Shown: one piece after another, positions 37,154 to 45,636 of the stretch
Position numbering within the stretch: the stretch's first letter is position 1
Layout: each line of letters starts with the position of its first letter
Origin: a virus
Lineage: Duplodnaviria; Caudoviricetes
DNA: 52,128 nt
Virus record (IMG/VR): IMGVR_UViG_3300005828_000112
Span: 1 to 52,128 of that record
Reading direction: 5' to 3' (one strand)
Translations under genes and position numbers: made by a program
Notes under the pieces: generated by a model
Told to the model about the DNA's origin: nothing
Seen by the model: only the letters and a program-made list of their open reading frames with translations
Database searches by the model: none

Positions 37154-39175
37154 GTGTCAGGCGAAGTCTGGATCAAGGATCTTCTGGGTTACAAGGATCT
37201 GTCGGAGAACGGCGGATCGACCTATCCGCGGCGCAACGCGATCGACTTCACCGGTGATGTCGTCATCACGGATGACCCGGTGAACGATAAGACGATCATC
37301 GACATCACCGCGACGCCGATCGGATCAAGCGTTGTCGAATACAAGTCGACGTGCCGGGTCGCGACGATCGCAAACATCGCGCTCTCGGGGCTGCTGACCA
37401 TCGATGGCGTGTCGCTGGCCGACGGCGACCGCGTTCTGGTGAAGGCGCAAGGCACCGCATCGGAAAATGGCATCTACGTCGCCGCGACCATCGGCTGGAC
37501 CCGCGCCGCGGACTTCGACGCCGATGCGGAGATCAAAGCCGGATGCCTGATCCCCGTCGCCGAAGGCTCGGTGAATGCCGATTCGCTGTTTCAGCTGACG
37601 ACTGACAATCCCATCACGCTGGGCGTCAGCGCGCTTGCGTTCGCGGAGATCGGCAGCACCGATGCCGCATCGCTGCGCGGCAAGAACCTGGACGCTGCGA
37701 CGATCGGGACGCCCGGAACAGACGCGGTCATCGCCTACGATGGCGCCAGCTACATCGCGCAGAAGATCCTGAACGCCAACATCGACGCCGCGGCCGCGAT
37801 CGGGGTGTCGAAGCTCGCTGTCGGGACGAACGGTCAGTTCTTGCGCACGACAGCGGGCATTGCCACGTGGGCCACGCTGACGCCTGGGGACCTGGGCGAC
37901 AACGTGATCACGCCGTCGGCGATCACCGCATCGACGCACAACTACGCGCCCGCCGGCTGGAGTGACGCGACGATCGTGCGGCTGTCGTCCACGACGACGC
38001 TGGGGATCAGCGGCTTTGACGCAACGGCGCTTCTCAAGCGCAAGCTGCTGATCAACGTCGGCACGTTCCCGATCTTCATCCAGCACGACAACGTCGGCAG
38101 CTCGGCCAGCAATCGCACGTTCACCCCGAACGGTCTGGGCCAGTGGATCGCGCCAGGCGGTTCGGTCGCGATCTCCTACGATGCCACGAGCGCCCGCTGG
38201 CGGCTGCTCGAGCAGATCAACGTCGACCAGGCATCGTTCGGCACCGCTGTTGCTGCGACCGAGAACAACTTTGCGCCGACCGGCTGGGGATACGCCGACG
38301 TGTTCCGGCTGGTGCCATCTGGCAACGCGGTGATCACTGGCTTTGACGGGACGCAGACCTATCAAAACTCTCGGATCATCCGGCACCTGATCAACGAAAG
38401 CGCGTTCACGATCACGCTGAAGCACAACGATGCGGGCAGCTCGGCCGGCAACAAGCTGTTCTGCCCGGGCAGCGCCGACATGGTTCTGCAGCCAGCCGAA
38501 GCGGTCGCGATCGCGTACACGAACGGGATCTGGAAGGTTCTGGCGTCTAACTCGAAGCAGGTACCTTCGACGTGGCAAGGCGTGCAGACCTTCGCCACCA
38601 GCCCGCTGCTGTCGGGGTCGGCGGAGATCGACTATTCGCCAGCGCGGCAGCGCTTCACCATGATCGCGATGGAGCGGGCCCGACCGCTTTACCTGGGCTT
38701 GCCCGATACCGCTGTCTGGACCTTCACCGTGGCGTCCGACAGCTGGTCTACGCTGCAGAGCAACGCATCCAAGGAGCTGCGGCCGCGCTTGCTGTGGGCG
38801 GTCGATCTGCCGAAGGGCGCATTCCTGCAGGCTGTGCAGTGCGTCGTGAACAACACCGCAGCCCCCGCCAACAGCTCGGTCCCGACGGTGCGCGTGGTCG
38901 AAGTCACGCCCGACGTGACGCCCGCCTATTCCACGTCGACGCTGGCTGTTGTCGGCGAACAGAGCGGCACGTCGACCAGCGGCGCGCAGCTGATCCAGCT
39001 GAACGACAGCTCGAGCCCCAACGCGCTGGGCACCAGCGAGGCCGAAATGGATCCCGCGAACAAGCGATACCGGATCGAGATCATCGCGAACGAGCTCACC
39101 AGCACCGAAGCCTTCGAAGTCTGGTGGGTGCAGATCCGATGGTCGGACGTCGGGCTGCGCAGTAACAGGCAATGA
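37154..39175 (+). CDS. Tail fibre protein
   Basis: CRVATIANIALSG..TIDGV....GDRVLVK.Q...ENGIY domain; internal duplicated domain; follows the baseplate. Confidence 0.85.
   Translation: MSGEVWIKDLLGYKDLSENGGSTYPRRNAIDFTGDVVITDDPVNDKTIIDITATPIGSSVVEYKSTCRVATIANIALSGLLTIDGVSLADGDRVLVKAQGTASENGIYVAATIGWTRAADFDADAEIKAGCLIPVAEGSVNADSLFQLTTDNPITLGVSALAFAEIGSTDAASLRGKNLDAATIGTPGTDAVIAYDGASYIAQKILNANIDAAAAIGVSKLAVGTNGQFLRTTAGIATWATLTPGDLGDNVITPSAITASTHNYAPAGWSDATIVRLSSTTTLGISGFDATALLKRKLLINVGTFPIFIQHDNVGSSASNRTFTPNGLGQWIAPGGSVAISYDATSARWRLLEQINVDQASFGTAVAATENNFAPTGWGYADVFRLVPSGNAVITGFDGTQTYQNSRIIRHLINESAFTITLKHNDAGSSAGNKLFCPGSADMVLQPAEAVAIAYTNGIWKVLASNSKQVPSTWQGVQTFATSPLLSGSAEIDYSPARQRFTMIAMERARPLYLGLPDTAVWTFTVASDSWSTLQSNASKELRPRLLWAVDLPKGAFLQAVQCVVNNTAAPANSSVPTVRVVEVTPDVTPAYSTSTLAVVGEQSGTSTSGAQLIQLNDSSSPNALGTSEAEMDPANKRYRIEIIANELTSTEAFEVWWVQIRWSDVGLRSNRQ
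37903..38545 (+). repeat. Diverged ~110-aa domain duplication within the tail fibre
   Basis: HNYAPAGW..GISGFD..LIN..IQHD..GSSASN..P..VAISY..WRLL versus NNFAPTGW..VITGFD..LIN..LKHN..GSSAGN..P..VAIAY..WKVL. Confidence 0.8.
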
Positions 39176-39753
39176 GGCTTGATTGGCTGGTTTCGCTGTT
39201 CTACCGCCGCGGCCACTGGCTTATGCGCTGGTGGTACCGGTTCACGATCTGGATCGGCGGTCTGCTTCCGGGCGATCAGCTGATGCCAGCGCTGAACCAA
39301 CATGCGATCTCGGCTGCGATGGCCTGGGGCGCGCAGTGGCGATCTGATCCGCTGCGCGGTCTGTTCGACTACCCGACGCACCCGCGCCGCGTGCAGCGCC
39401 GGATCAAGCGCGGGCTGATGGTCGGCGACTGCGACGACCATGCGGCCTACAGGGCAGCCGTCACGCGCCTTGCGCCGGGTCACTGGGTCGACATCTGGCT
39501 TCTGTTCATCTGGTACCGCCGCGACGATGGCAAAGCAGGCGGGCACGCGGTCTGCGTGTTTCGCGACCTGCGCGACGGTCAACGCTGGTGGGCGGACTAC
39601 GTCGCGCCGCAGGTCTTCACCAGCCCCGCGAGCTGCGCGCAGTCGCGCGGGCGGCTGATCTGCTGGGCCGCGCTGCAGGTCGTCGACCTGGACAAGCGCC
39701 AGGGGCTCGTCTTCGGTCATTCGGTCGGCGGAGGGCCGCGAAGCACGTTCTGA
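39172..39753 (+). CDS. Transglutaminase-like cysteine hydrolase
   Basis: GDCDDHA, GHAVCVF and downstream WADY form a candidate Cys-His-Asp triad. Confidence 0.7.
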   Translation: MRLDWLVSLFYRRGHWLMRWWYRFTIWIGGLLPGDQLMPALNQHAISAAMAWGAQWRSDPLRGLFDYPTHPRRVQRRIKRGLMVGDCDDHAAYRAAVTRLAPGHWVDIWLLFIWYRRDDGKAGGHAVCVFRDLRDGQRWWADYVAPQVFTSPASCAQSRGRLICWAALQVVDLDKRQGLVFGHSVGGGPRSTF

Positions 39754-39778
39754 ACCCAAACAACGCGAAGGAGTCACG

Positions 39779-40033
39779 ATGGATCCGACCTGCATAGACG
39801 TAACGGGTGAAGGCGGCCTTCTGGCCCTGGGCGTGGTCCTGGGTGTGCGGGTCCTGATCGGAACGTTCGACGCGCTGCGCGACCGATTCAAATGGGCGCG
39901 CACCGCAGGGGATGCGATGGGCTATGCGCTGGGCGGCAAGCCCGAGCGGTTCGCCCCGAAGCCGCAGCCCGCACCGCTCAGCAGCATCCCGCCGACCAGG
40001 TCGCAGACCGATTCGCAGGACGGTTCGCGATGA
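39779..40033 (+). CDS. Putative holin or small membrane protein
   Basis: AAGGAG RBS; one hydrophobic segment; in the lysis cassette. Confidence 0.5.
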   Translation: MDPTCIDVTGEGGLLALGVVLGVRVLIGTFDALRDRFKWARTAGDAMGYALGGKPERFAPKPQPAPLSSIPPTRSQTDSQDGSR

Positions 40034-40767
40034 TGGCCGCATGGGCATGGATCAAGCGCTGGGGCGGCTGGACGCTGGCCGGGATCCTGATGGTGGTCAC
40101 CTTCGGGCTGGTGCGCCTGGGCCGCTGGCGACCGGCGGCGCTGACGCCTTCGGACCCGCCCCCGCCTGCAGCTGGCGCGATTCGGGCCGGTCTGGGCAAG
40201 CTGGCGGCCGCTGAGGCGACCGAAACGCGCAGGCTGACCGAAGCTGCGGATGACGCGCGCGTGGCCGCAGAAGGCGCCCAGGCGGGCGTGATGGACGAAA
40301 CCGACGAAGAGCTGCTCGACACGTCCCGCGACTGGGCCGAACGCAAGCGGCGCGAACGCGGATCGCTGCTGATCGTGCTGGGGCTGCTGCTGACCGCCAG
40401 CAGCGTCAGGGCCGAAGACGTCGAGCCCGCAGCTGGATCGGATGGACGCAGGGGTTACTGGGTCGAAGCCCAGCTCTGGCGCGAAACGCTGGCCGACGCG
40501 AAGGGGCTCGAGCCGATGCGCAAGGCGGATGACGCGCGCGCGGCCGCGCTGGCCGCGGCGCTGCGGACGTCCGAAGTGCTGCGGCTGCAGGTCATCGCCG
40601 ACCAGGATGAGATCGCCGCGCAGCGGGCCAAACTGAAGGCGCAAGGCGAAGCCCTGGCAGAAACACGAGCCAAACTAGGCCACTGGTCGCGGTCCTACAC
40701 CTTCACAGCCGCTGCTTCCCTGCTGTCTGCACTGGGTGCGACGATGCTGATCATCTACGGGACTTAG
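40030..40767 (+). CDS. Spanin-like membrane-anchored coiled-coil protein
   Basis: N-terminal TM, internal hydrophobic segment, coiled coils, C-terminal TM; next to the endolysin. Confidence 0.55.
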   Translation: MMAAWAWIKRWGGWTLAGILMVVTFGLVRLGRWRPAALTPSDPPPPAAGAIRAGLGKLAAAEATETRRLTEAADDARVAAEGAQAGVMDETDEELLDTSRDWAERKRRERGSLLIVLGLLLTASSVRAEDVEPAAGSDGRRGYWVEAQLWRETLADAKGLEPMRKADDARAAALAAALRTSEVLRLQVIADQDEIAAQRAKLKAQGEALAETRAKLGHWSRSYTFTAAASLLSALGATMLIIYGT

Positions 40768-40778
40768 GAGGCCAGCTG

Positions 40779-41618
40779 ATGATCGTGATCGAAGGCGAGC
40801 GGTACCCGGTCGATGGGATCGACAGCGCGGACTTCATCGAGCTGCCAGGCGTCGCGCTTTCGTCGCGCCGCGACTGGCGGCCGCGCAGCGATGGCGCATG
40901 GGTCCGCAGCGTTTGCCTTCACACGCGCATGGGTCTGCCCGTGCGGCTGCGCGATGGCATCGGCCCGAACCTGGGCTGGGACAAGGTGCTCGGGGGGCGG
41001 TTCACGTCAGATCAGCGCCAGGCGGGCGCGCACATCGCGATCGATTCAGATGGATCGTTCTGCTGTCTGGCGGATCTGCAGCGCGTCGTCGCGTACCACG
41101 CAGGGCACGTCAACGAAGTCAGCGTCGGGATCGAAATGTATCAGGCCGCCGATGGCGGCGTCTGGGAGTCGACGCTGCGCACAGCGGTGCTGATCTGCGA
41201 CGTCATCACGCGCGTGATGGGCATTCAGCGCCAGTATGTCCGCGAACGGACGATCACCCGGCGCATGGCTTCGCCTTCGCTCGGCGTCGGCACATACGGG
41301 CATCTGGCGCACATGCCTGGCGGCGCGCGCGGCCGCGACTTCGTCGGGGTGTTCGGCCATCGGAACGTCACGCGAAACCGCGGGCCAGGTGATCCCGGTG
41401 ATGAAGTCTTCGAGCTGCTTCGGGATGCCGGTTACGAAGGCTTCATGATCGACGCTGGCGACGATCTGGATGTGTGGGCGCGTCGTCAGCATTCGCTCGG
41501 GATGCATCACGAAGACTGCGACGGGATCCCCGGGCCAAACACGGTCGCACTGCTGGCCGCATCCGGTCGCCCGCACGGCATGTGGGCCGATCGACCAGGC
41601 GACGATCCGGCATGCTGA
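40779..41618 (+). CDS. Endolysin, N-acetylmuramoyl-L-alanine amidase (Amidase_2-like) with PG-binding tail
   Basis: CLHT, AHIAIDSDG, AYHAG..N..SVGIE, GHR......DPG, DGIPGPNT. Confidence 0.88.
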   Translation: MIVIEGERYPVDGIDSADFIELPGVALSSRRDWRPRSDGAWVRSVCLHTRMGLPVRLRDGIGPNLGWDKVLGGRFTSDQRQAGAHIAIDSDGSFCCLADLQRVVAYHAGHVNEVSVGIEMYQAADGGVWESTLRTAVLICDVITRVMGIQRQYVRERTITRRMASPSLGVGTYGHLAHMPGGARGRDFVGVFGHRNVTRNRGPGDPGDEVFELLRDAGYEGFMIDAGDDLDVWARRQHSLGMHHEDCDGIPGPNTVALLAASGRPHGMWADRPGDDPAC

Positions 41619-41650
41619 TGATCGTCGCCGCAGCTGGAAGGGGTCGCGAC

Positions 41651-42103
41651 ATGGACATCGGGGGCGGATTCACGCAGTTCGCCGCCTGGGTGGGCAGCGC
41701 GATCATGGCGCTGTTCGGTCTGTTCCGGATGCGCGAACGGCGACAAGCAAAGCAGCTCGAGCTGACCGAACAGTGGCAAGCGACGGTCCTGGCGCGCGTG
41801 CGTGAGCTCGAAACCACGGGCAAGGCGCGGGATGAAGAAATCGACGCCATCGAAAAGCAGCTGCAGCTGGCGCAGAACGAAAACCTTCGGCTCCGCTGGC
41901 GCTATGACGACCTGCAGGAGCAGTTCATGGTGCAGGCGCGACAGCTGGACCGCGCATCACGGCAGATCGCCGATCTGGAAAGCGACCGCAAACGGCTGGA
42001 AGCAAGCAACCTGGTGCTGAAGGCCGAGCTCGATCGCTTCTACCGGGAGATCCAGGCTGGCTATCATTCGATCAAGCCCCCGGGCATGCCGCAAGGCAAG
42101 TAG
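41651..42103 (+). CDS. Membrane-anchored coiled-coil protein (lysis accessory)
   Basis: N-terminal TM then a long heptad repeat; last late gene. Confidence 0.65.
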   Translation: MDIGGGFTQFAAWVGSAIMALFGLFRMRERRQAKQLELTEQWQATVLARVRELETTGKARDEEIDAIEKQLQLAQNENLRLRWRYDDLQEQFMVQARQLDRASRQIADLESDRKRLEASNLVLKAELDRFYREIQAGYHSIKPPGMPQGK

Positions 42104-42150
42104 CGCGCGCACGTAGGCGCAAAACCAGTGACGGGCTTCGGCCCCCGAAC

Positions 42151-42192
42151 CGACGAACCCCCCAGGCTTGACCGGCCTGGGGGGTTTCGTCG
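42151..42192. terminator. Bidirectional terminator between the late and leftward early operons
   Basis: 17-bp stem CGACGAACCCCCCAGGC / GCCTGGGGGGTTTCGTCG with one bulge; a cUUCGg hairpin at 42133-42144 precedes it. Confidence 0.8.
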
Positions 42193-42193
42193 T

Positions 42194-42367
42194 TCATCCG
42201 CCCTTCGGCGTTTGCGCCTTCAGGCGCGCGGCGCGCGCAGCAGCCCGCGCCGCGCGGCGCAGCTGGCGCTTGCGCAGCGCTTGCTCAGCGCGGCGCATTT
42301 TTCGCCCCGTGGGGGGCGGCGCTTCGCTGCGATGGACGACACCGGATGTGATCGTGTTTGCCTTCAT
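42194..42367 (-). CDS. Small Arg-rich hypothetical protein
   Basis: GGGAGG RBS, ATGA coupling. Confidence 0.55.
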   Translation of the reverse strand: MKANTITSGVVHRSEAPPPTGRKMRRAEQALRKRQLRRAARAAARAARLKAQTPKGG

Positions 42368-42621
42368 AGATCCTCCCATTTATTTGGGTCGCGCTCGCGC
42401 ACGTTGCATGCTGACAAGTCGCTGCCGCGATTGGATGGCTCGACGTGCAGCGGATCAACAGCTTCGACTGCATGGGCGCGCATCCCCCACGTGCGTTCAC
42501 CGTAGATGACCTTCACGCCCGCTACAGCAGCGAATCGATCGGGGGCCGCGATCCGGTGATGATGGACCGCATCGCAGCGCGGATCGAAGACGTAGACCAC
42601 GAAGACCTTACGCGTCGACAT
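42364..42621 (-). CDS. Hypothetical protein
   Basis: Coupled ORF with AAAGGG RBS. Confidence 0.6.
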   Translation of the reverse strand: MSTRKVFVVYVFDPRCDAVHHHRIAAPDRFAAVAGVKVIYGERTWGMRAHAVEAVDPLHVEPSNRGSDLSACNVRERDPNKWEDL

Positions 42622-42802
42622 AGCGCCCTTTCAGATCGCGACGCAGGTGCACGTCCATCGGCTCGGCGGCCATCATGAGCTCGACGGCCAGGCTGCGGGA
42701 TCCATCCGCGGTCATGCGGACCGCCGCGCGTCGCGGCCCGCTACTGATCGTCAGCGTGACGATCCCGTCAGCGCTGCGCGTCACCATGATCTTCGTTTCC
42801 AT
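42608..42802 (-). CDS. Hypothetical protein
   Basis: Overlapping ORF in operon. Confidence 0.55.
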   Translation of the reverse strand: METKIMVTRSADGIVTLTISSGPRRAAVRMTADGSRSLAVELMMAAEPMDVHLRRDLKGRYVDA

Positions 42803-42980
42803 CCTTCGATCCTATCTGCTCGGTGGACTGCAGGAAGGTCGCCACATGCACGATGATGCGGCGCCCGACGCGATACGCCCCGGGCAATGCGCCCGCCTTG
42901 CATTCGGCGTAAAGCGTGGACGGGTGAACGCCCATCGCTTCGGCCAGCTGCTGGATCGAAGCGAAGTCACCTAGCGCCAT
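42768..42980 (-). CDS. Excisionase-like (HTH_17) DNA-binding protein
   Basis: SIQQLAEAMGVHPSTLY...GALPGAYRVGRRIIV. Confidence 0.8.
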   Translation of the reverse strand: MALGDFASIQQLAEAMGVHPSTLYAECKAGALPGAYRVGRRIIVHVATFLQSTEQIGSKDGNEDHGDAQR

Positions 42981-43162
42981 CGGCTATCCAGCAGCACGCA
43001 CTGGCCGCGCGCGCCTGGGCCATCGTGCAGGCATGCGCATGGCATCGGGCAGCGCCGATAACACGTGCGCGTCGTGCACCATGCGCAGCGTTCGCTGGTC
43101 GTCGCATGCGTTTGGGCGGTCAGCGACAGCAGCAGGGCCGCGGCCAGCATCGCGCGCTTCAT
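42971..43162 (-). CDS. Secreted cysteine-rich mini-protein (63 aa)
   Basis: ATGA overlap with the recT stop; signal peptide MKRAMLAAALLLSLTAQTHA; 7 Cys in the ~43-aa mature part. Confidence 0.7.
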   Translation of the reverse strand: MKRAMLAAALLLSLTAQTHATTSERCAWCTTRTCYRRCPMPCACLHDGPGARGQCVLLDSRWR

Positions 43163-43995
43163 GATGTCACCTGGTCTTCGTCTGCATCCTGCAGCCCCAT
43201 CGCGAGCAGCCGTTCCTGGATGCCTTCGTCGATGGCGCTGATCTGGCTGCGCCCGCTTTCGACAGCTGCTTCCAGCGTTTCCGCGCGCGCCATTTCGGAC
43301 GACTTCGGCAAGAACTTCCAGAGCGCCCGAAGCGCCGTCTTCGTGGCCATCGCTTCGTAGTCGGTCACCCAGGGGCCGCTGCCGCTGGCGGCGCTGCGCG
43401 ACCTTCGCGCTTCGATCTGCGCCAGCGACAGCACGACGAACGGCTGTCCCCCGCCCTTGATCTCGCCACATGCCCAAGCGTGCGTGATCGGTCTGTCTTC
43501 GCGGTCGGGGTCGGGCGACATGCGATGGCGCAGCTTCGGCGTCAGCCCGTATTCGTGCTCGAAGTAGTCGCCTTCCTTGACGACCATCGCGCTGATCCCC
43601 GCGACGCGTCCCGACCGCAGCGACAGCTCGAGCTGCCCCTGGTAGCCAATGATCAGGGTGCATTCGTAGCGGTTATTCGCGTGTTTGTTCCGCCGCGGGA
43701 TCAGGAACGCATGCTGTAGGGGCGTGTTCACTTCCAGCCCGAGCTGCGATGCCTGCAGGACGCAGCCCAGAAACGATGGCGGCGAACATTCGGCCAGGTG
43801 TTCGACGGTGCGCAGCGACGTCGTCAGGATCCGAAGCATGCGGTCGGCGGTCAGGTGATTCGGAAGCGCGCGTTCGATCTCGCCCTTCAGCTCGGGGCTT
43901 CGCAGCAGGCGCAGGAGGCTTTGCTGCTGTGGCGCTTCGCCTTGTCCATCTGGCTTCTGAATGCGCCCGCTTCTGTCCGTGGTCGGTCCGCTCAT
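43159..43995 (-). CDS. recT: RecT-family single-strand annealing recombinase
   Basis: ALPNHLTADRMLR, SFLGCVLQASQLGLE, IIGYQG..EL..RSG, PWVTDYEAMA.KT.LR.L.K.LPKS. Confidence 0.95.
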   Translation of the reverse strand: MSGPTTDRSGRIQKPDGQGEAPQQQSLLRLLRSPELKGEIERALPNHLTADRMLRILTTSLRTVEHLAECSPPSFLGCVLQASQLGLEVNTPLQHAFLIPRRNKHANNRYECTLIIGYQGQLELSLRSGRVAGISAMVVKEGDYFEHEYGLTPKLRHRMSPDPDREDRPITHAWACGEIKGGGQPFVVLSLAQIEARRSRSAASGSGPWVTDYEAMATKTALRALWKFLPKSSEMARAETLEAAVESGRSQISAIDEGIQERLLAMGLQDADEDQVTS

Positions 43996-45089
43996 GACTG
44001 CTGCCCCTTCTTCGCCTTCGTCCGACGCAGCACGCGCGACTCCGACGCCGCGACCACGAAGGACTTCTTCTGCTGCACCTTGTATGACCAGCCCGACCCA
44101 TCGGGCAGAACCCCGAGCTCGTTCTTGCCGATCTGCTGACGGATCAGGTTTTCAAGCTCATCTGCGCGACCCTTGGCTTCGCGGATCGTGTTTTTCAGCT
44201 CGTCCAGTTCGTCCGCCCAGCGCATCGCTTCCATGGGCAAGCGGATGATCGTGTTCGGATCCTGACGCGGAAACCATTTCTCCAGCAGCTTGCGCGCATC
44301 GGCGCTACCGTCCGCTGGCGGCTGGACCTTGTCGGCGACGTTGACGTACCAGAACAGCCGTGTGCGATTGATCAGTCGCTGACCGGTCGCGGTCGCTGGC
44401 CCGATGTCGGTCAGGTCGTCCCAGACCAGCTGTTGACCGCCGATCAGCGCTGCGCCCGTCCCGCGCCCGCAGCCCATCACCAGCGCTTCATGTTCGACCT
44501 GCGATAGGTAGTGCTCGGGGATCCCGTCTTCCCATGCAGGCGCCATGCGGAGCCCCACGTTCTTCGTCTGCAGCGGCCACCAGCCGTCAAGCGCGGCCCA
44601 TAGGTCGGCGGTCCGTAGCTGGCGCTCTTCGGGATCGGTTTCGTGGTCGCACGCGCGACAAGCGTCGATCGCATGCGCCAGCCAATCGGCGTCTGCTTCG
44701 TCGTCATCGGTGGCCATCGCGTCAGGGGTCGCGCTGAGCCATGGCCAGCGCGTCGAACGCAGAAGCAGCCCGAAGCCCACGACCTGGCGACCCGTTCGGG
44801 CGCCATAGCCAGCGATGATCGATGCTTCGAGCTGCCGCCCCCAGAACACCGCTTCCTTGTCGCTGAGATCAAGCGGCGGTTCGATGCCGACCTTGCGCGC
44901 CCAAAGCGACAGCGTCGATCCAAACGGATCGAGCCCCAGCACCGTCGGGCTTTCGCTGGCGCCGATCGTCGCGTTGCGCGCTTCGAGCCAGCGTGGGTCG
45001 TCAGGGTCGGACCCGTCGCACACGACGGTGAACGGGGGCCCGTCGGCAGTGCCCGACAAGGTGACTTGCTGCTGTTGTTGTTCTTCCAT
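43992..45089 (-). CDS. YqaJ/lambda-exonuclease-like viral recombinase nuclease
   Basis: WLEAR..TIGASE...LG, WGRQLE, SATPD, GIPEHY..QV; adjacent to recT. Confidence 0.9.
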   Translation of the reverse strand: MEEQQQQQVTLSGTADGPPFTVVCDGSDPDDPRWLEARNATIGASESPTVLGLDPFGSTLSLWARKVGIEPPLDLSDKEAVFWGRQLEASIIAGYGARTGRQVVGFGLLLRSTRWPWLSATPDAMATDDDEADADWLAHAIDACRACDHETDPEERQLRTADLWAALDGWWPLQTKNVGLRMAPAWEDGIPEHYLSQVEHEALVMGCGRGTGAALIGGQQLVWDDLTDIGPATATGQRLINRTRLFWYVNVADKVQPPADGSADARKLLEKWFPRQDPNTIIRLPMEAMRWADELDELKNTIREAKGRADELENLIRQQIGKNELGVLPDGSGWSYKVQQKKSFVVAASESRVLRRTKAKKGQQS

Positions 45090-45128
45090 GCGCCTTCCTT
45101 CTTCCGGGCCTGCATGCCCGTGGTCATT

Positions 45129-45512
45129 TCACCCAGCCATCAGCCCCAGGCACCAGCCGCAGCCGAAGCCGCCGCACCCGCATTCGGCCAGGTCTTCCGG
45201 TTCGATGGCGCCATCAGCATCGAACCATTCGGGCCGACGCACCAGTGCGCCCCAGACCCATGCGCGCGTGCCAGCGCGGTCGACTTCGATCACGCAGCCC
45301 CCGCCCTGCACCTGGTGTGCGTTCGTGATGGTCGCCGGCAGCCACGCACGGCGCCCATTGCGGCTGACGCGTTCGGAGACGAGCACCGGTTCACCCGCGC
45401 GCGCCGCGGGCCCTACGGCGCCGCCGCAGCGGGCGCAGGCGGGCGCCAGGTCATGCACTGCGCCCCAGGCTGCGCAGCGGTCGCACCAAACGATTTCACT
45501 AGGTCGTCCCAT
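45129..45512 (-). CDS. Hypothetical protein with Cys clusters and a Tudor/SH3-like core
   Basis: CDRC...CARC N-terminus, WLPATI core, CGCGGFGCGWC C-terminus. Confidence 0.6.
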   Translation of the reverse strand: MGRPSEIVWCDRCAAWGAVHDLAPACARCGGAVGPAARAGEPVLVSERVSRNGRRAWLPATITNAHQVQGGGCVIEVDRAGTRAWVWGALVRRPEWFDADGAIEPEDLAECGCGGFGCGWCLGLMAG

Positions 45513-45523
45513 AATACCGAAAT

Positions 45524-45552
45524 CCTGTAGGGAACCTTGCTCGCGCTGTCAA
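45524..45552 (-). promoter_or_regulatory. Leftward sigma70-type promoter
   Basis: Minus strand TTGACA-N17-TACAGG: perfect -35, weak -10. Confidence 0.55.
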
Positions 45553-45599
45553 GACAAAGCCAGACCGCACGACGAGTGCACATCGTGAAATCTAGCAGC

Positions 45600-45630
45600 T
45601 TGCGTGTGCATCCGCATCGGTCTAAGACCG
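45600..45630 (+). promoter_or_regulatory. Rightward promoter with palindromic operator candidate
   Basis: TTGCGT-N17-TAAGAC; CGGTC-TAA-GACCG palindrome (45618-45630) over the -10. Confidence 0.5.
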
Positions 45631-45636
45631 CCGGTC

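Noticed and set aside
37325-39172. Long antisense ORFs (37325-39172, 14758-16146, 13598-14782, 7818-8834 and similar)
   Set aside because: Shadows of real plus-strand genes caused by high GC3; Arg/Pro/Ala-rich with no motifs or RBS
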